From NCBI GenBank assembly GCA_964629225.1, contig CAZVQC010000007.1, forward strand, positions 1,675 to 65,674: DNA of 64,000 bases. Reading direction: 5' to 3'. The notes beneath the pieces were generated by a model that did not search any database, had not been told where the DNA came from, and saw only the letters and a program-made list of their open reading frames with translations. Position numbers and translations under genes: made by a program. Source of the stretch: an uncultured Ruminococcus sp. (GTDB taxonomy: Bacteria; Bacillota; Clostridia; Oscillospirales; CAG-272). Positions 8,990-18,428 of the stretch are shown in pieces. The number at the start of each line of letters is the position of its first letter. Within the stretch, counting starts at the first letter, position 1.

Positions 8990-11257
8990 ATGTACATTAA
9001 GCATCTTCACATCGGGTCCTTCGGAGTGTTGGTGGAAAAGGACATCACCTTCGAGCGGGGGCTCAACATAATAGAAGGCGAGAACGAATCCGGCAAGAGC
9101 ACCGTTGCCATGTTCATAAAATTCATGCTCTACGGACTGTCTGCGAAGGCTGTTGGCAAGGATCGGATATCCGAGAGGGAGCATTACGTCAACTGGAACA
9201 CCGGAGTGTCATCCGGATGGATGACGGTGGAGTCGGATGGAGAAGAGTTTCGCATCGACCGCAGGATCACTTTGGCTGAGGATCTGAACGGCAGAGAAGA
9301 ATACAAAGAATCCGTGAAACTGACAAGGCTCGCCACCGGCGAGGCCGTCAAGGGTCAGAAGAGCCCCGGAGAATTCTTCTTCGGTTTCCCCGAAAAGGTG
9401 TTCATGCAGAGCGCCTTTGTCAAAAACATATCCAGCACCGAGGTGGACAATGCGGGTCTCAAGGTGGCGGTGGAGAATCTTCTCTCCTCCGGAGACGAGG
9501 AGATCAACACGAAACGTGCTCTTGAAAAGCTGGATGCGGCAAGAAAGCTTCTTCTTCATAAAAACGGCCTTGGCGGAACTATTGCGGAGCTGACCGCAGA
9601 GAAAAAAGAACTTTACGGTCTTCTCGAAAGATCGAAGGACTCCGCCTCCGAGATCGTGGATCTTGAGGGGACGCTCTCCGATTTGACTGTGAAGATATCC
9701 TCAAAGGACGGGGAGTATGCGGAGCTGTCGGAGCTGTGCCGAGGATACGAGGCGGTCCGAAACGGTTCGAGAGTCAAGGAGATCAAGCGGTGTGAGGGAG
9801 ATATTGCCTTTTTACAGAGCGAGCTTGACTCTCTTGACCCGGCAGTTGACAGACAGTTTCTTGCCAAGATCGAGCTTTGCGAGAGCAACGTGAGAGATAC
9901 GGAAAAAGACATCTCTGTTCTGGAGGAAAAACGTTCTGAACTTGAAGAAAAATGCGAGGGCAGAAGGACGGAGGAGCCGCCGGAAGTGGAAGAGGTGGCG
10001 AAAAAATACGGTAAGATCAGGCACTCGGCGGCGTTTCTCACCGCTCTCGGTGCCACTTGTATCCCCTTATCCGCAGCGCTTCTCGCTCTCGTTTGGATCA
10101 AAGGTGCCGCCATCGGCAGTTTTCTTTTGCCCGCAGTAGTTGCGGGGGTGGCGTTCTTGCCCGTGGGCATCTGTTTTCTGCTTCTCGGTATTTTGAAGCG
10201 TAAGAGTGCCCGTGATATGCTGTCGTCCTTCGGAGCGGCTGACGAGGCGGAGCTTCGTGCAGTGGCGGAGGAAGAGAGAGAGCAGTACCGCTACACGGCA
10301 AAGCTTCTTGAAAAAATGGCAAGGATCGATGCGGTGATGGAAGAGGCCGTCGGTAAGCACGACCGTGAGATAGAAAACGGATATGGGCTTGCAAAGCTCG
10401 TGGGTATCGAGACGGGAGAGACGGTATTCGACGTTCTTTCCGCCGCAAGGGTTGCCGCCGAGGAGATCTGCGCCCGCAGGGAGACCATGGTATCCAAAAA
10501 GGAAAGCGCCAAGGGGCGCCTCTCCGCACTTCTTGAAGAAGTGGGGGACGTTGAAAACGAAGAGGCGGAAAAAGAAGAAAAACTGATCCTTGAATCCGAG
10601 CTTGGGGAAAAGATCCTTCGCATGACAAAGGAGGACTACTCCCGAAGTGTCAGAGAAAGGGATTTTGCCAAGAGCACCGCAGATGCCATGAGGCTTCGCA
10701 GTGCCGAGATAGAGAAGAGACTTGCGGTCCTTAAGGCTGCGGGAGATTCCCCGGCTAAGATCGCATCCCAGATATCCTGTCTTGAGAGAAAGATATCGGA
10801 GCTCACCTTCAAACATCGGGCTTTGGTCCTCGCTTACGATTCCCTTCTCCGTGCGGGAGAAAAGATGCGTGGGGACGTGATGCCCAAGGTGGCGGCAAAG
10901 GCTGCGGAGATTATGGATCGGGTCACCTACGGCAGATACGCCGATATCGGAGCGAATGAAGACATGGAACTTTCCTTTGTTACGAACGGGGAAAGACGGG
11001 ACATCGACTTTCTCTCCGAGGGCACGAAGGATGCGGCGTACGTCAGCTTGAGAGCGGCGCTTGTGGATGTCATGTACTCCGGCAGCACTCCTCCGCTGAT
11101 ATTTGACGAATGCTTTGCAAGAATGGACAGACAGAGGCTGTGCCGCATCATGCAGGTGCTGGATGCCGAGGGGATGCCGCAGTGTGCGGTGTTTTCATGC
11201 AGAGATCTTGAGGCTGCGGCGGTGCCGGATGCCAACATAATAAGATTGGAGAGGTGA
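8990..11257 (+). CDS. Rad50/SbcC-like AAA ATPase (YhaN-like) with a central double-TM hairpin
   Basis: 755 aa. N-terminal Walker A GENESGKST, long coiled-coil regions, two hydrophobic helices near residues 345-400 (AAFLTALGATCIPLSAALLALVW...VAFLPVGICFLLLGIL), and a C-terminal LIFDECFARMD Walker-B-like motif. Confidence 0.75.
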   Translation: MYIKHLHIGSFGVLVEKDITFERGLNIIEGENESGKSTVAMFIKFMLYGLSAKAVGKDRISEREHYVNWNTGVSSGWMTVESDGEEFRIDRRITLAEDLNGREEYKESVKLTRLATGEAVKGQKSPGEFFFGFPEKVFMQSAFVKNISSTEVDNAGLKVAVENLLSSGDEEINTKRALEKLDAARKLLLHKNGLGGTIAELTAEKKELYGLLERSKDSASEIVDLEGTLSDLTVKISSKDGEYAELSELCRGYEAVRNGSRVKEIKRCEGDIAFLQSELDSLDPAVDRQFLAKIELCESNVRDTEKDISVLEEKRSELEEKCEGRRTEEPPEVEEVAKKYGKIRHSAAFLTALGATCIPLSAALLALVWIKGAAIGSFLLPAVVAGVAFLPVGICFLLLGILKRKSARDMLSSFGAADEAELRAVAEEEREQYRYTAKLLEKMARIDAVMEEAVGKHDREIENGYGLAKLVGIETGETVFDVLSAARVAAEEICARRETMVSKKESAKGRLSALLEEVGDVENEEAEKEEKLILESELGEKILRMTKEDYSRSVRERDFAKSTADAMRLRSAEIEKRLAVLKAAGDSPAKIASQISCLERKISELTFKHRALVLAYDSLLRAGEKMRGDVMPKVAAKAAEIMDRVTYGRYADIGANEDMELSFVTNGERRDIDFLSEGTKDAAYVSLRAALVDVMYSGSTPPLIFDECFARMDRQRLCRIMQVLDAEGMPQCAVFSCRDLEAAAVPDANIIRLER

Positions 11258-11402
11258 GCCGCTTTTCGGAAACGTGACAGATGGGCTGAGAACCGCCCGA
11301 AAACAGCGAAAAGATCCCGACGGAACCGATCTCAAAATGAAAGAGACCGTGATCGGAAAAATTCGGGGACGAATAATAATCTAAGGAAGAGGAGGGGAGC
11401 GA

Positions 11403-12803
11403 ATGCTTGCCAAGTTCGATAAAAAATATCTTGCAAACGTGGCGCTTAAGATAACGGCGGTGCTTTTGTGCGTTCTTATCGCATTCTACTTGGGATACCA
11501 CATCTGGCGCAAGGTAACGACTACGATTGAATCCATGCTGACGACACCCTTCTCGATTTCGGAAAAAAGCACCGGAAGCGGATATGTCATAAGAAGCGAG
11601 ACTGTGATATCCTCAAGCGGAGGCGGAAGTCTTGTGGCAACCGCCGAGGAAGGAGAGAAGGTGGGCTATCTCAGCGAGGTGGCTCGGATCTACTCTTCCT
11701 CATCTCCCGACATTGAGGCAAGACTGTCGGAGATAGACCGTCAGATAGCCCTTTTTTCGGCATCCCTCAGCGACGGAGAACTTACGAGCCGTGATGTTTC
11801 CAAGATCGACGACGAGATCTACTCCACCTTGACGGACATGAAAAAAAGCGTTGCGATGGGAGAGTATTCCGAGGCTCTGTCTCAAAAATCGTCTTTGATA
11901 TCCGGTCTTAACAAACGGGATATCGCCTCCGGAAAGACGGACGGTATTGCATCGGGTATAGCCCTGTTGCAAGCGGAAAAGCAGAATTTGACGTCCCGTC
12001 TCGGAAGTCTCATGTCCATAGTTCCCGCACCCTCATCCGGGTGGTACTATTCCGATGTCGACGGCTACGAGGGGATCTTTGATGCATCCTCGATAAACTC
12101 CCTCACGTATGAGAAATTTGAGGCCGCAGTTACCACGACACCGGCAGATACCTCCTTTGCTTGCGGAAAGATCGTGACGGATTGCAGGTGGTATTTCGTT
12201 TGTGATGCGGATGTGGGAGTTTTTGAAGACAGGAAGGAAGGGGAGGTCTGCACGGTGTGTTTTCCCTACAACAGGGGCATCGCGCTTGATATGACCCTTG
12301 AGAAGATATCGAAGTCCGAGGACGGTCTGAGAGCCATCGGAGTGTTCTCAAGCGACCGTATCCCGGAGGGGTTTGACTTCACCAGAATGCAGAGCTATGA
12401 GATAATAGAGAAGGAGTACACCGGGTTCAGGATCCCGAAATCGGCTGTGAGAGTCGAAAACGGACACAGAGGCGTCTACGTGCTGTCGGGTGAGATCATC
12501 CATTTCAGGTGGATCGACATCTTGACCGAGTTCGAGGGAAGCTACATCGTTTCCATGGACGGCGCTTCAACTGCCGCTACTCCCGTCATGCCAAAGGACA
12601 CGACCGAGACGGATGAGGACGACGGCGAGAGCGACGGGGACACGGGAGAACTTCTCGGAAGCGACTGGATGATCAAATCAGAAAACAGAGGCACCAAAGT
12701 GCCGAAGAGCACCGCCGCGGGAATTTGGATCGATATCAACGAAAACGTGATCACCAAGGGCAAAGGGCTGAAAGAAGGCCGTGTTATAACGAATATAAGG
12801 TGA
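11403..12803 (+). CDS. Membrane-anchored coiled-coil protein, HlyD/membrane-fusion-like; function unknown
   Basis: 466 aa, one N-terminal TM, a coiled-coil segment, then beta-rich domains and an acidic tail. Directly upstream of yggS-sepF. Confidence 0.4.
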   Translation: MLAKFDKKYLANVALKITAVLLCVLIAFYLGYHIWRKVTTTIESMLTTPFSISEKSTGSGYVIRSETVISSSGGGSLVATAEEGEKVGYLSEVARIYSSSSPDIEARLSEIDRQIALFSASLSDGELTSRDVSKIDDEIYSTLTDMKKSVAMGEYSEALSQKSSLISGLNKRDIASGKTDGIASGIALLQAEKQNLTSRLGSLMSIVPAPSSGWYYSDVDGYEGIFDASSINSLTYEKFEAAVTTTPADTSFACGKIVTDCRWYFVCDADVGVFEDRKEGEVCTVCFPYNRGIALDMTLEKISKSEDGLRAIGVFSSDRIPEGFDFTRMQSYEIIEKEYTGFRIPKSAVRVENGHRGVYVLSGEIIHFRWIDILTEFEGSYIVSMDGASTAATPVMPKDTTETDEDDGESDGDTGELLGSDWMIKSENRGTKVPKSTAAGIWIDINENVITKGKGLKEGRVITNIR

Positions 12804-12807
12804 CATT

Positions 12808-13512
12808 ATGGACAGGTTAGCTACTATAAGAGACAATGCCCTCAGGGTGAGGGAAAAGGTTGAAAATGCGGCCGCGAAGCGTCCCGGAGGGAAGGCCCCC
12901 GACATACTTCTTGCCACTAAGACGGTGGAGCCGTCCGAGATACTTTTTGCCGTTCGGGAACTGGGCTTTACTTTGATAGGCGAGAACCGTGTGGGGGAGC
13001 TTGTGGAAAAGTACGATGCCCTGAAGGACGATGCGGACATCCACCTGATAGGTCACCTACAGACCAACAAGGTGAGAAAAGCGGTGGGAAAGGTCTCGGT
13101 GATAGAATCCGTGGATTCGGTGAGGCTGGCAAGAGAGATCGACAGGATCTCCGAAGAAGTAGGCACCGTGACTGACGTCTTGATGGAGATCAACATAGGA
13201 CGAGAGGCGGCGAAGGGCGGGATCATGCCCGAAGCGGCAGACGAATTTGCCTCGGAACTGTCCGAGCTTTCTCACATAAGACCGATCGGCATCATGACGA
13301 TGGCGCCGATCTGCGAAAAAATCGAGCAATACAGAAGATATTTCGCAGAAACTTATCAAATATTTCTTGACATTTCGCAAAAATACTTATATAATACAAT
13401 AGAGCCTGTGTTATCAATGGGTATGAGCGGCAGTTATGAGGCCGCCGTACTGGAAGGTGCAACTCAAATACGGGTCGGCAGCGCCGTCTTCGGTAACCGG
13501 TCGTATCACTGA
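12808..13512 (+). CDS. yggS: YggS/YlmE family pyridoxal-phosphate homeostasis protein
   Basis: 234 aa with LLATKTV (PLP lysine context), HLIGHLQTNK and MGMSGSYE motifs. dcw-tail context. Confidence 0.85.
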   Translation: MDRLATIRDNALRVREKVENAAAKRPGGKAPDILLATKTVEPSEILFAVRELGFTLIGENRVGELVEKYDALKDDADIHLIGHLQTNKVRKAVGKVSVIESVDSVRLAREIDRISEEVGTVTDVLMEINIGREAAKGGIMPEAADEFASELSELSHIRPIGIMTMAPICEKIEQYRRYFAETYQIFLDISQKYLYNTIEPVLSMGMSGSYEAAVLEGATQIRVGSAVFGNRSYH

Positions 13513-13633
13513 CGTCTCTTTTCCGCGGTATTTCGGAGCCGCTTGGATCATCGACACGGAGGATGCGGCGCAGTGAGAAAAACAAGTTAAATTATTATTC
13601 GGAATGAATAACAAGATTCGGAGGAATTGAAAC

Positions 13634-14161
13634 ATGGCATTTGGATTTATGGATGGCTTCAAAAAGAAACCCGCTGAGGACAACTATAACGACAACTACG
13701 AGGACGATTACTACGACGAGTTCAACAACGGTGGATATGACGATCCTCAGGCTGACGATATGGGAATGCAGAACGGCGCAAATTCCGGCATGAATGCGGG
13801 AATGTCTGCTATGGGAAGCGGCGCTATGAGCGGCATCAGCATTTCGGGCACGTCCATTGAGATGAAGGTCCTCAAACCGAAGACCTTTGAGACCGTACCT
13901 CAGATAGCAGACCACCTTCTCAGCAAGAGGACCGTTGTGCTCAATCTTGAAGATGCTGACGATGCAACATCAAGAAGGATCATCGATTTCCTGTTCGGAG
14001 TAGCATACTCCATCAACGGAAGTCTTAAGAAGATAGCAACCAAAGCGTACGTCATCACTCCCAACAACGTCGATGTTGACGAAGCTAAGCTCACAACAAA
14101 GAAGAAGAAACAGCCTGAACCCGAGGAAGAGGAAGCTTCTGCCTTTGATGCTGAGATCTGA
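13634..14161 (+). CDS. sepF: Cell division protein SepF
   Basis: 175 aa. N-terminal MAFGFMDGFKK amphipathic helix, a low-complexity linker, and a conserved C-terminal domain (VLKPKTFETVPQIADHLLSKRTVVLNLE...IDFLFGVAYSINGSL). Confidence 0.9.
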   Translation: MAFGFMDGFKKKPAEDNYNDNYEDDYYDEFNNGGYDDPQADDMGMQNGANSGMNAGMSAMGSGAMSGISISGTSIEMKVLKPKTFETVPQIADHLLSKRTVVLNLEDADDATSRRIIDFLFGVAYSINGSLKKIATKAYVITPNNVDVDEAKLTTKKKKQPEPEEEEASAFDAEI

Positions 14162-14185
14162 ATTTGATAAGTTTTGATACATAAG

Positions 14186-14225
14186 GTCGGAGTTGTGCTG
14201 GGATAGTGTGGCTCCGACTTTTTTC
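14186..14225 (+). terminator. Intrinsic terminator-like hairpin after sepF
   Basis: GTCGGAG (14186-14192) pairs with CTCCGAC (14212-14218) and is followed by TTTTTT. The loop is large (19 nt). Confidence 0.45.
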
Positions 14226-14244
14226 AAGTTTCGGAGGTCTTTTC

Positions 14245-14556
14245 TTGCGTATCATTATCTATGTTATTTATTCAACGCTGAATTACGCCATTGAACTTTT
14301 GACATTGGCGATGGCAGTGCGTGCTTTGCTCAGTTGGCTGCTTCCCATGGCGTCCCATTCCTCAAGATTCGTGCAGGTACTCGTCTCGATCACCGAGATA
14401 TTCATCTCACCGGTGAGGCGCTTTATGAGGAGGTTCACTTTCGTAAGGACATTCCCGTTGGATCTGGCGTATCTCGTCACATATCTGCTTCTTCATGCGG
14501 CGCAGACGGTCATCTATTCCGTTGGTACCGCACTGATGGATCTCTTCATTATTTGA
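14245..14556 (+). CDS. yggT: YggT family membrane protein
   Basis: Small two-to-three-TM protein. The ORF-track start (GTG 14206) lies inside the sepF terminator hairpin. The in-frame TTG at 14245 is preceded by GGAGG (14233-14237). Confidence 0.75.
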   Translation: MRIIIYVIYSTLNYAIELLTLAMAVRALLSWLLPMASHSSRFVQVLVSITEIFISPVRRFMRRFTFVRTFPLDLAYLVTYLLLHAAQTVIYSVGTALMDLFII

Positions 14557-14571
14557 AGGAGGCATTTTACG

Positions 14572-15417
14572 GTGTCTTGTGACGGAAAAATATTTGAAGG
14601 ACGGGTGAGGGAGCTTCTCCGCCTGTCGGAATACGAGATGAGGGCATCCTCATTTCTCACTCCCGCAGAGCAACAGACTGCTTTTGAGATCGCTCTGCGC
14701 GAGAAGGAGAGCGACAGATGCTTCTTTTGGGGCGGTGCCTTCGATGCGGAGAGACGGCTCTTGATAGCCATCCCCGAATGGATGATACCGGACTACGGCG
14801 CTCTCGGCGGGGTATTTGACGAAAAGCGGGAGACGGTGTTTCACAGTATGCTGTCGGAAAACGAGGTGGATCTGACCCCGTTTTTGTCGGCGGTGGAGAT
14901 GACGTCTGCCGGTTATGACGAACTTTGTCACCGTGACTATCTCGGAGCGCTCCTTTCGATGGGCATCGATCGCAGTGCGGTGGGAGATATCGCGGTGCTT
15001 GAGGAAAGACGGGCGGTGGCGTTCATGAAGCCTGCCGCTTGTACGGTGGCACTTTCCGAGCTTAAGCGAGCGGGGCGTGATACTCTTCGTGTCTACCCTT
15101 ATGACGGAATCGGCGGCAAATGTGAAAGAGAGACTCTCAGGATCCCCAGAGAGTATGAATTCATTGACGAGACGGTGATGTCGGAGAGGCTCGACGGAGT
15201 TATCAAGGCTATCTGCAAGATGTCCCGCGACGATGCACTGGAGCTTGTGAAGCGGGGCGATGTTACGCTGAATTACAAACAGGAGACGAAGCCGGACAGG
15301 CTTCTCGTCCCCGGAGACGTTCTCTCGGTACGGGGGATCGGAAAGTTCATATACGACGGAAACGGCGGAGTCAACCGCCGAGGAAGAGTTAAGATCCATG
15401 TCAGAAAATACCTTTGA
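14572..15417 (+). CDS. ylmH: YlmH-like RNA-binding protein with C-terminal S4 domain
   Basis: 281 aa with a GTG start. C-terminal S4-like segment (ERLDGVIKAICKMSRDDALELVKRGDVTLNYK). Conserved position between yggT and divIVA. Confidence 0.8.
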   Translation: MSCDGKIFEGRVRELLRLSEYEMRASSFLTPAEQQTAFEIALREKESDRCFFWGGAFDAERRLLIAIPEWMIPDYGALGGVFDEKRETVFHSMLSENEVDLTPFLSAVEMTSAGYDELCHRDYLGALLSMGIDRSAVGDIAVLEERRAVAFMKPAACTVALSELKRAGRDTLRVYPYDGIGGKCERETLRIPREYEFIDETVMSERLDGVIKAICKMSRDDALELVKRGDVTLNYKQETKPDRLLVPGDVLSVRGIGKFIYDGNGGVNRRGRVKIHVRKYL

Positions 15418-15448
15418 CGGATCACTATTATAATTTGAGGAGGATAAG

Positions 15449-16723
15449 ATGGGCAGAGAAGTGGAGGATGTCGTTTTCAGAAGGTCACTCAGAGGCTACA
15501 ATACAGTGGATGTGGACGAGTATATCGACGCCTTGAACCGTGATATCGACTCTTTGAGAGGGGAACTTGCGGATCTTTACAAGAGGCTCGATGCCGCAAA
15601 CCGTGAGATCGCGGGCTATAAGAATGCGGAGACCTTCAGAGGAGACCTTCTTGACGAGGCAAAGCACAATGCCGAGGAGATAATCAAGCAGGCTAAGAAC
15701 AAGGCGGCTCACATTATCATCAAGACTACCAACCAATGCAATCACATAGTCTCCAATATGGTGTCTCAGGTAGAGGAGCAAAAGAAGATCTACGAGGCCA
15801 CAAGGAAGGAAGTGCTTCGCTTCCGCAGTGAGCTTTTCGACAAGTACACCGACCATATTAAGCGCATCAACGCATTCACCGAGGCGGCGGGAGTTTTTGA
15901 AAGATCCGATAGCTTCAATGAGAGCGAGATGGACGATTACATTGCTTCCCTATCCGTGGATACCGACTTTACTAAGGATTTCGGTCTCGCTGCTCCCTTT
16001 GATTTCGACGAAGACAGCACGGCAGATCCGGTGAGCGAGGACGTCTCCGAAAATGAGACAATGCCCAAGGCTGAGCCCGAGGCATCGGTGGAAGCGAGGG
16101 ATACTGCCGCATGTGCGGATGTTACCGACCTTGACGGCGGTGCCGAGGAGTACTGTGGGACGGATGAGGATGAGACCGAGGACGCCATTTCGGACGATAC
16201 TTCCGTCGAGAAAGCTCCGAGCATATCGGAAATAACGGCAGATGAAACGGTGATACCTCCGACAGTGACGGCCTCGATACCCGATGAGGATCTTGACGAA
16301 TTTGAGGACGGGAACGTCGGAGTCAGAGAATTTGACGGCCCCGTTACCGTAGAGGCGGTATTCAAGGATGAGGACATTGACGGGATGATATTGCCCGACG
16401 TGGGACCTGCAGTGGAGCCGATCACGGAGGAAGAGACGGCCGTTCCCGTCGAAAAGGAGCCTGAGGTTAGTCCTGCATCTCCCTCCTACGGATTCGTTAT
16501 CGCTCACAAGAGAGACGACGTGGATGAGGATGACGACAGTGATGAGTTTTATGACGGTGGCGGTATCGATGCAAGTTTTGAAAGAGAGATACCCGCATCC
16601 GTGCTGGGGTCGCTCTCTATGGGTGCCTCGGACGGCGCAAACGGAAAAAAGAAAAAATGGACGGTAAAAAAGAGCAAGAGTCTGACGGACGAATTTGATG
16701 CTGTCAGATCGGAAGAGGACTGA
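15449..16723 (+). CDS. divIVA: DivIVA domain protein with long acidic C-terminal extension
   Basis: N-terminal FRRSLRGYNTVDVDEYIDALNRDIDSLRGEL (DivIVA lipid-binding and coiled-coil domain), followed by about 250 aa rich in D, E and T. Confidence 0.85.
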   Translation: MGREVEDVVFRRSLRGYNTVDVDEYIDALNRDIDSLRGELADLYKRLDAANREIAGYKNAETFRGDLLDEAKHNAEEIIKQAKNKAAHIIIKTTNQCNHIVSNMVSQVEEQKKIYEATRKEVLRFRSELFDKYTDHIKRINAFTEAAGVFERSDSFNESEMDDYIASLSVDTDFTKDFGLAAPFDFDEDSTADPVSEDVSENETMPKAEPEASVEARDTAACADVTDLDGGAEEYCGTDEDETEDAISDDTSVEKAPSISEITADETVIPPTVTASIPDEDLDEFEDGNVGVREFDGPVTVEAVFKDEDIDGMILPDVGPAVEPITEEETAVPVEKEPEVSPASPSYGFVIAHKRDDVDEDDDSDEFYDGGGIDASFEREIPASVLGSLSMGASDGANGKKKKWTVKKSKSLTDEFDAVRSEED

Positions 16724-16733
16724 CAGGGCGCCT

Positions 16734-17297
16734 ATGAACACTGCTAAAAAAAGGATCTGTTATTTTATTACAGCGGCCCTCGTTGTGCTCTTGGATCAGG
16801 TGTCGAAGTTCACGGTCAGTGCCGGCTTTTCCCATGAAGGGGAGAGCATCACTGTGATACCGGGGGTGCTTGACTTCACCTTCGTTCTTAACGAAGGGGC
16901 GACTGCGGGAATGCTTGCGGATCGAAGATGGGTCTTCATGACGGTGTCCGTAGTTGCGATAATTGCGATAGCACTGTATCTGTTTTTTTCGAAGAACATC
17001 GGCTCCCTTGCGGGGATCGCTCTTTCCGCAGTGGCAGGCGGCGGCATCGGCAACATGATCGATCGCACCGTCTCCGGAGCAGTGGTTGACTTCGTGGACG
17101 TGACCTGCATCGATATCTTTCCCTTCAACACGGTATTCAATGTGGCGGATATCTTCGTGTGCGTCGGATGCGCCGTTTTCATATTTGCGATAATAAGAGA
17201 AGAAGTGGCGGATGCCAAAGCCAAAAAAGCGACAGAAAACGCTGCAAAATGCGACGGCACCGACGGGTGCGACGGCGGAGACTGCCATGAGAGCTGA
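16734..17297 (+). CDS. lspA: Signal peptidase II (lipoprotein signal peptidase)
   Basis: Motifs IGNMIDR and VVDFVD (catalytic Asp contexts), four TM segments. Start trimmed to ATG 16734. Unusual Cys/Asp-rich tail KCDGTDGCDGGDCHES. Confidence 0.85.
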   Translation: MNTAKKRICYFITAALVVLLDQVSKFTVSAGFSHEGESITVIPGVLDFTFVLNEGATAGMLADRRWVFMTVSVVAIIAIALYLFFSKNIGSLAGIALSAVAGGGIGNMIDRTVSGAVVDFVDVTCIDIFPFNTVFNVADIFVCVGCAVFIFAIIREEVADAKAKKATENAAKCDGTDGCDGGDCHES

Positions 17298-18303
17298 TTT
17301 GAATGAAGCTTTTGAAGGTGAGGAGAGGGAGTGTGAGGCTCTGTTCTTCACGGCGTCCACCGAGGATGTGGGAAAGCGCACGGACGTCTTCGTGTCGGAA
17401 AGGTGCGGTATCACGAGAAGTGCTGCGGGAAAACTGATAGAAGAAGGCAACGTCACCGTAGGCGGCAAGGTTGCTTCAAAAAGCGGCAAGATCAAGGATG
17501 GTGACACGGTCGAGGTGCTCATACCGGAGCCCGAGCAGTGCAGTGTAGCCCCCGAAAACATCCCTCTTGACGTGGTGTACGAGGATGGGGACGTGATAGT
17601 GGTCAACAAGCCGGCGGGGATGGTGGTCCATCCCGCTCCCGGACATTCAAGCGGGACTCTCGTTTCGGCACTGCTCTACCATTGCAGGGATTCTCTTTCG
17701 GCGGTCAACGGAGTCTACAGGCAAGGAATAGTCCACCGTATCGACAAGGATACTACGGGACTTATCGCGGCGGCGAAGAATGACGTTTCTCACAACAGCC
17801 TCGCATCCCAGCTCAAAGATCACTCCATGCACCGTGAGTACCTTGCGATCCTTGTGGGAAGGCTTCCCGATAGCACGGGAACGGTGGACCGTCCCATCGG
17901 AAGGAATCCTTCGGACAGAAAAAAGATGGCTGTGGCAAGACCCGGTGACAGAAGCGCAAGGAACGCCGTTACCCATTACGAGGTCATTAGCGAAAATGGC
18001 GGTTTCACCCTTGCCAAAATGAGACTTGAGACCGGAAGAACGCACCAGATACGTGTCCACATGGCATCTGTCGGTCATCCGGTCCTGGGGGACGAAGTCT
18101 ACGGCGGTGACAAGACCCTTTTCCAAAAGAAGCACCCGACTCTTTTCAAGGGGCAGATGCTTCATGCGGCAAGGCTCACGTTTGTCCACCCTTCAAACGG
18201 AGAGACCGTGTCCGTGACGGCGCCTCCTCCGGATAATTTTATAAGAGCCGCCGAGCTTTGCGGACTCATACCCGAGGGGGATTGGAGTTTGTTGTCAATG
18301 TAA
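17287..18303 (+). CDS. rluD: RluA-family 23S rRNA pseudouridine synthase (RluD-like)
   Basis: N-terminal S4 domain and catalytic HRIDKDTTGL. Start trimmed to ATG 17287, which overlaps the end of lspA. Confidence 0.85.
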   Translation: MRADLNEAFEGEERECEALFFTASTEDVGKRTDVFVSERCGITRSAAGKLIEEGNVTVGGKVASKSGKIKDGDTVEVLIPEPEQCSVAPENIPLDVVYEDGDVIVVNKPAGMVVHPAPGHSSGTLVSALLYHCRDSLSAVNGVYRQGIVHRIDKDTTGLIAAAKNDVSHNSLASQLKDHSMHREYLAILVGRLPDSTGTVDRPIGRNPSDRKKMAVARPGDRSARNAVTHYEVISENGGFTLAKMRLETGRTHQIRVHMASVGHPVLGDEVYGGDKTLFQKKHPTLFKGQMLHAARLTFVHPSNGETVSVTAPPPDNFIRAAELCGLIPEGDWSLLSM

Positions 18304-18348
18304 TGACAAACGGCGGAATTTAATTTTGATTATTCGGCATAATAACTG

Positions 18349-18377
18349 TTGATTATGATAGAAAATTGTGCTATATT
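18349..18377 (+). promoter_or_regulatory. Predicted sigma-A promoter of pgk-tpiA
   Basis: TTGATT (18349-18354), 17-nt spacer, TATATT (18372-18377), with the TGTGC extended -10. Confidence 0.55.
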
Positions 18378-18428
18378 AGGTTAGTGAGAAAAACAATATT
18401 CTAATGAAAAATACGGAGATGAAAAAAG

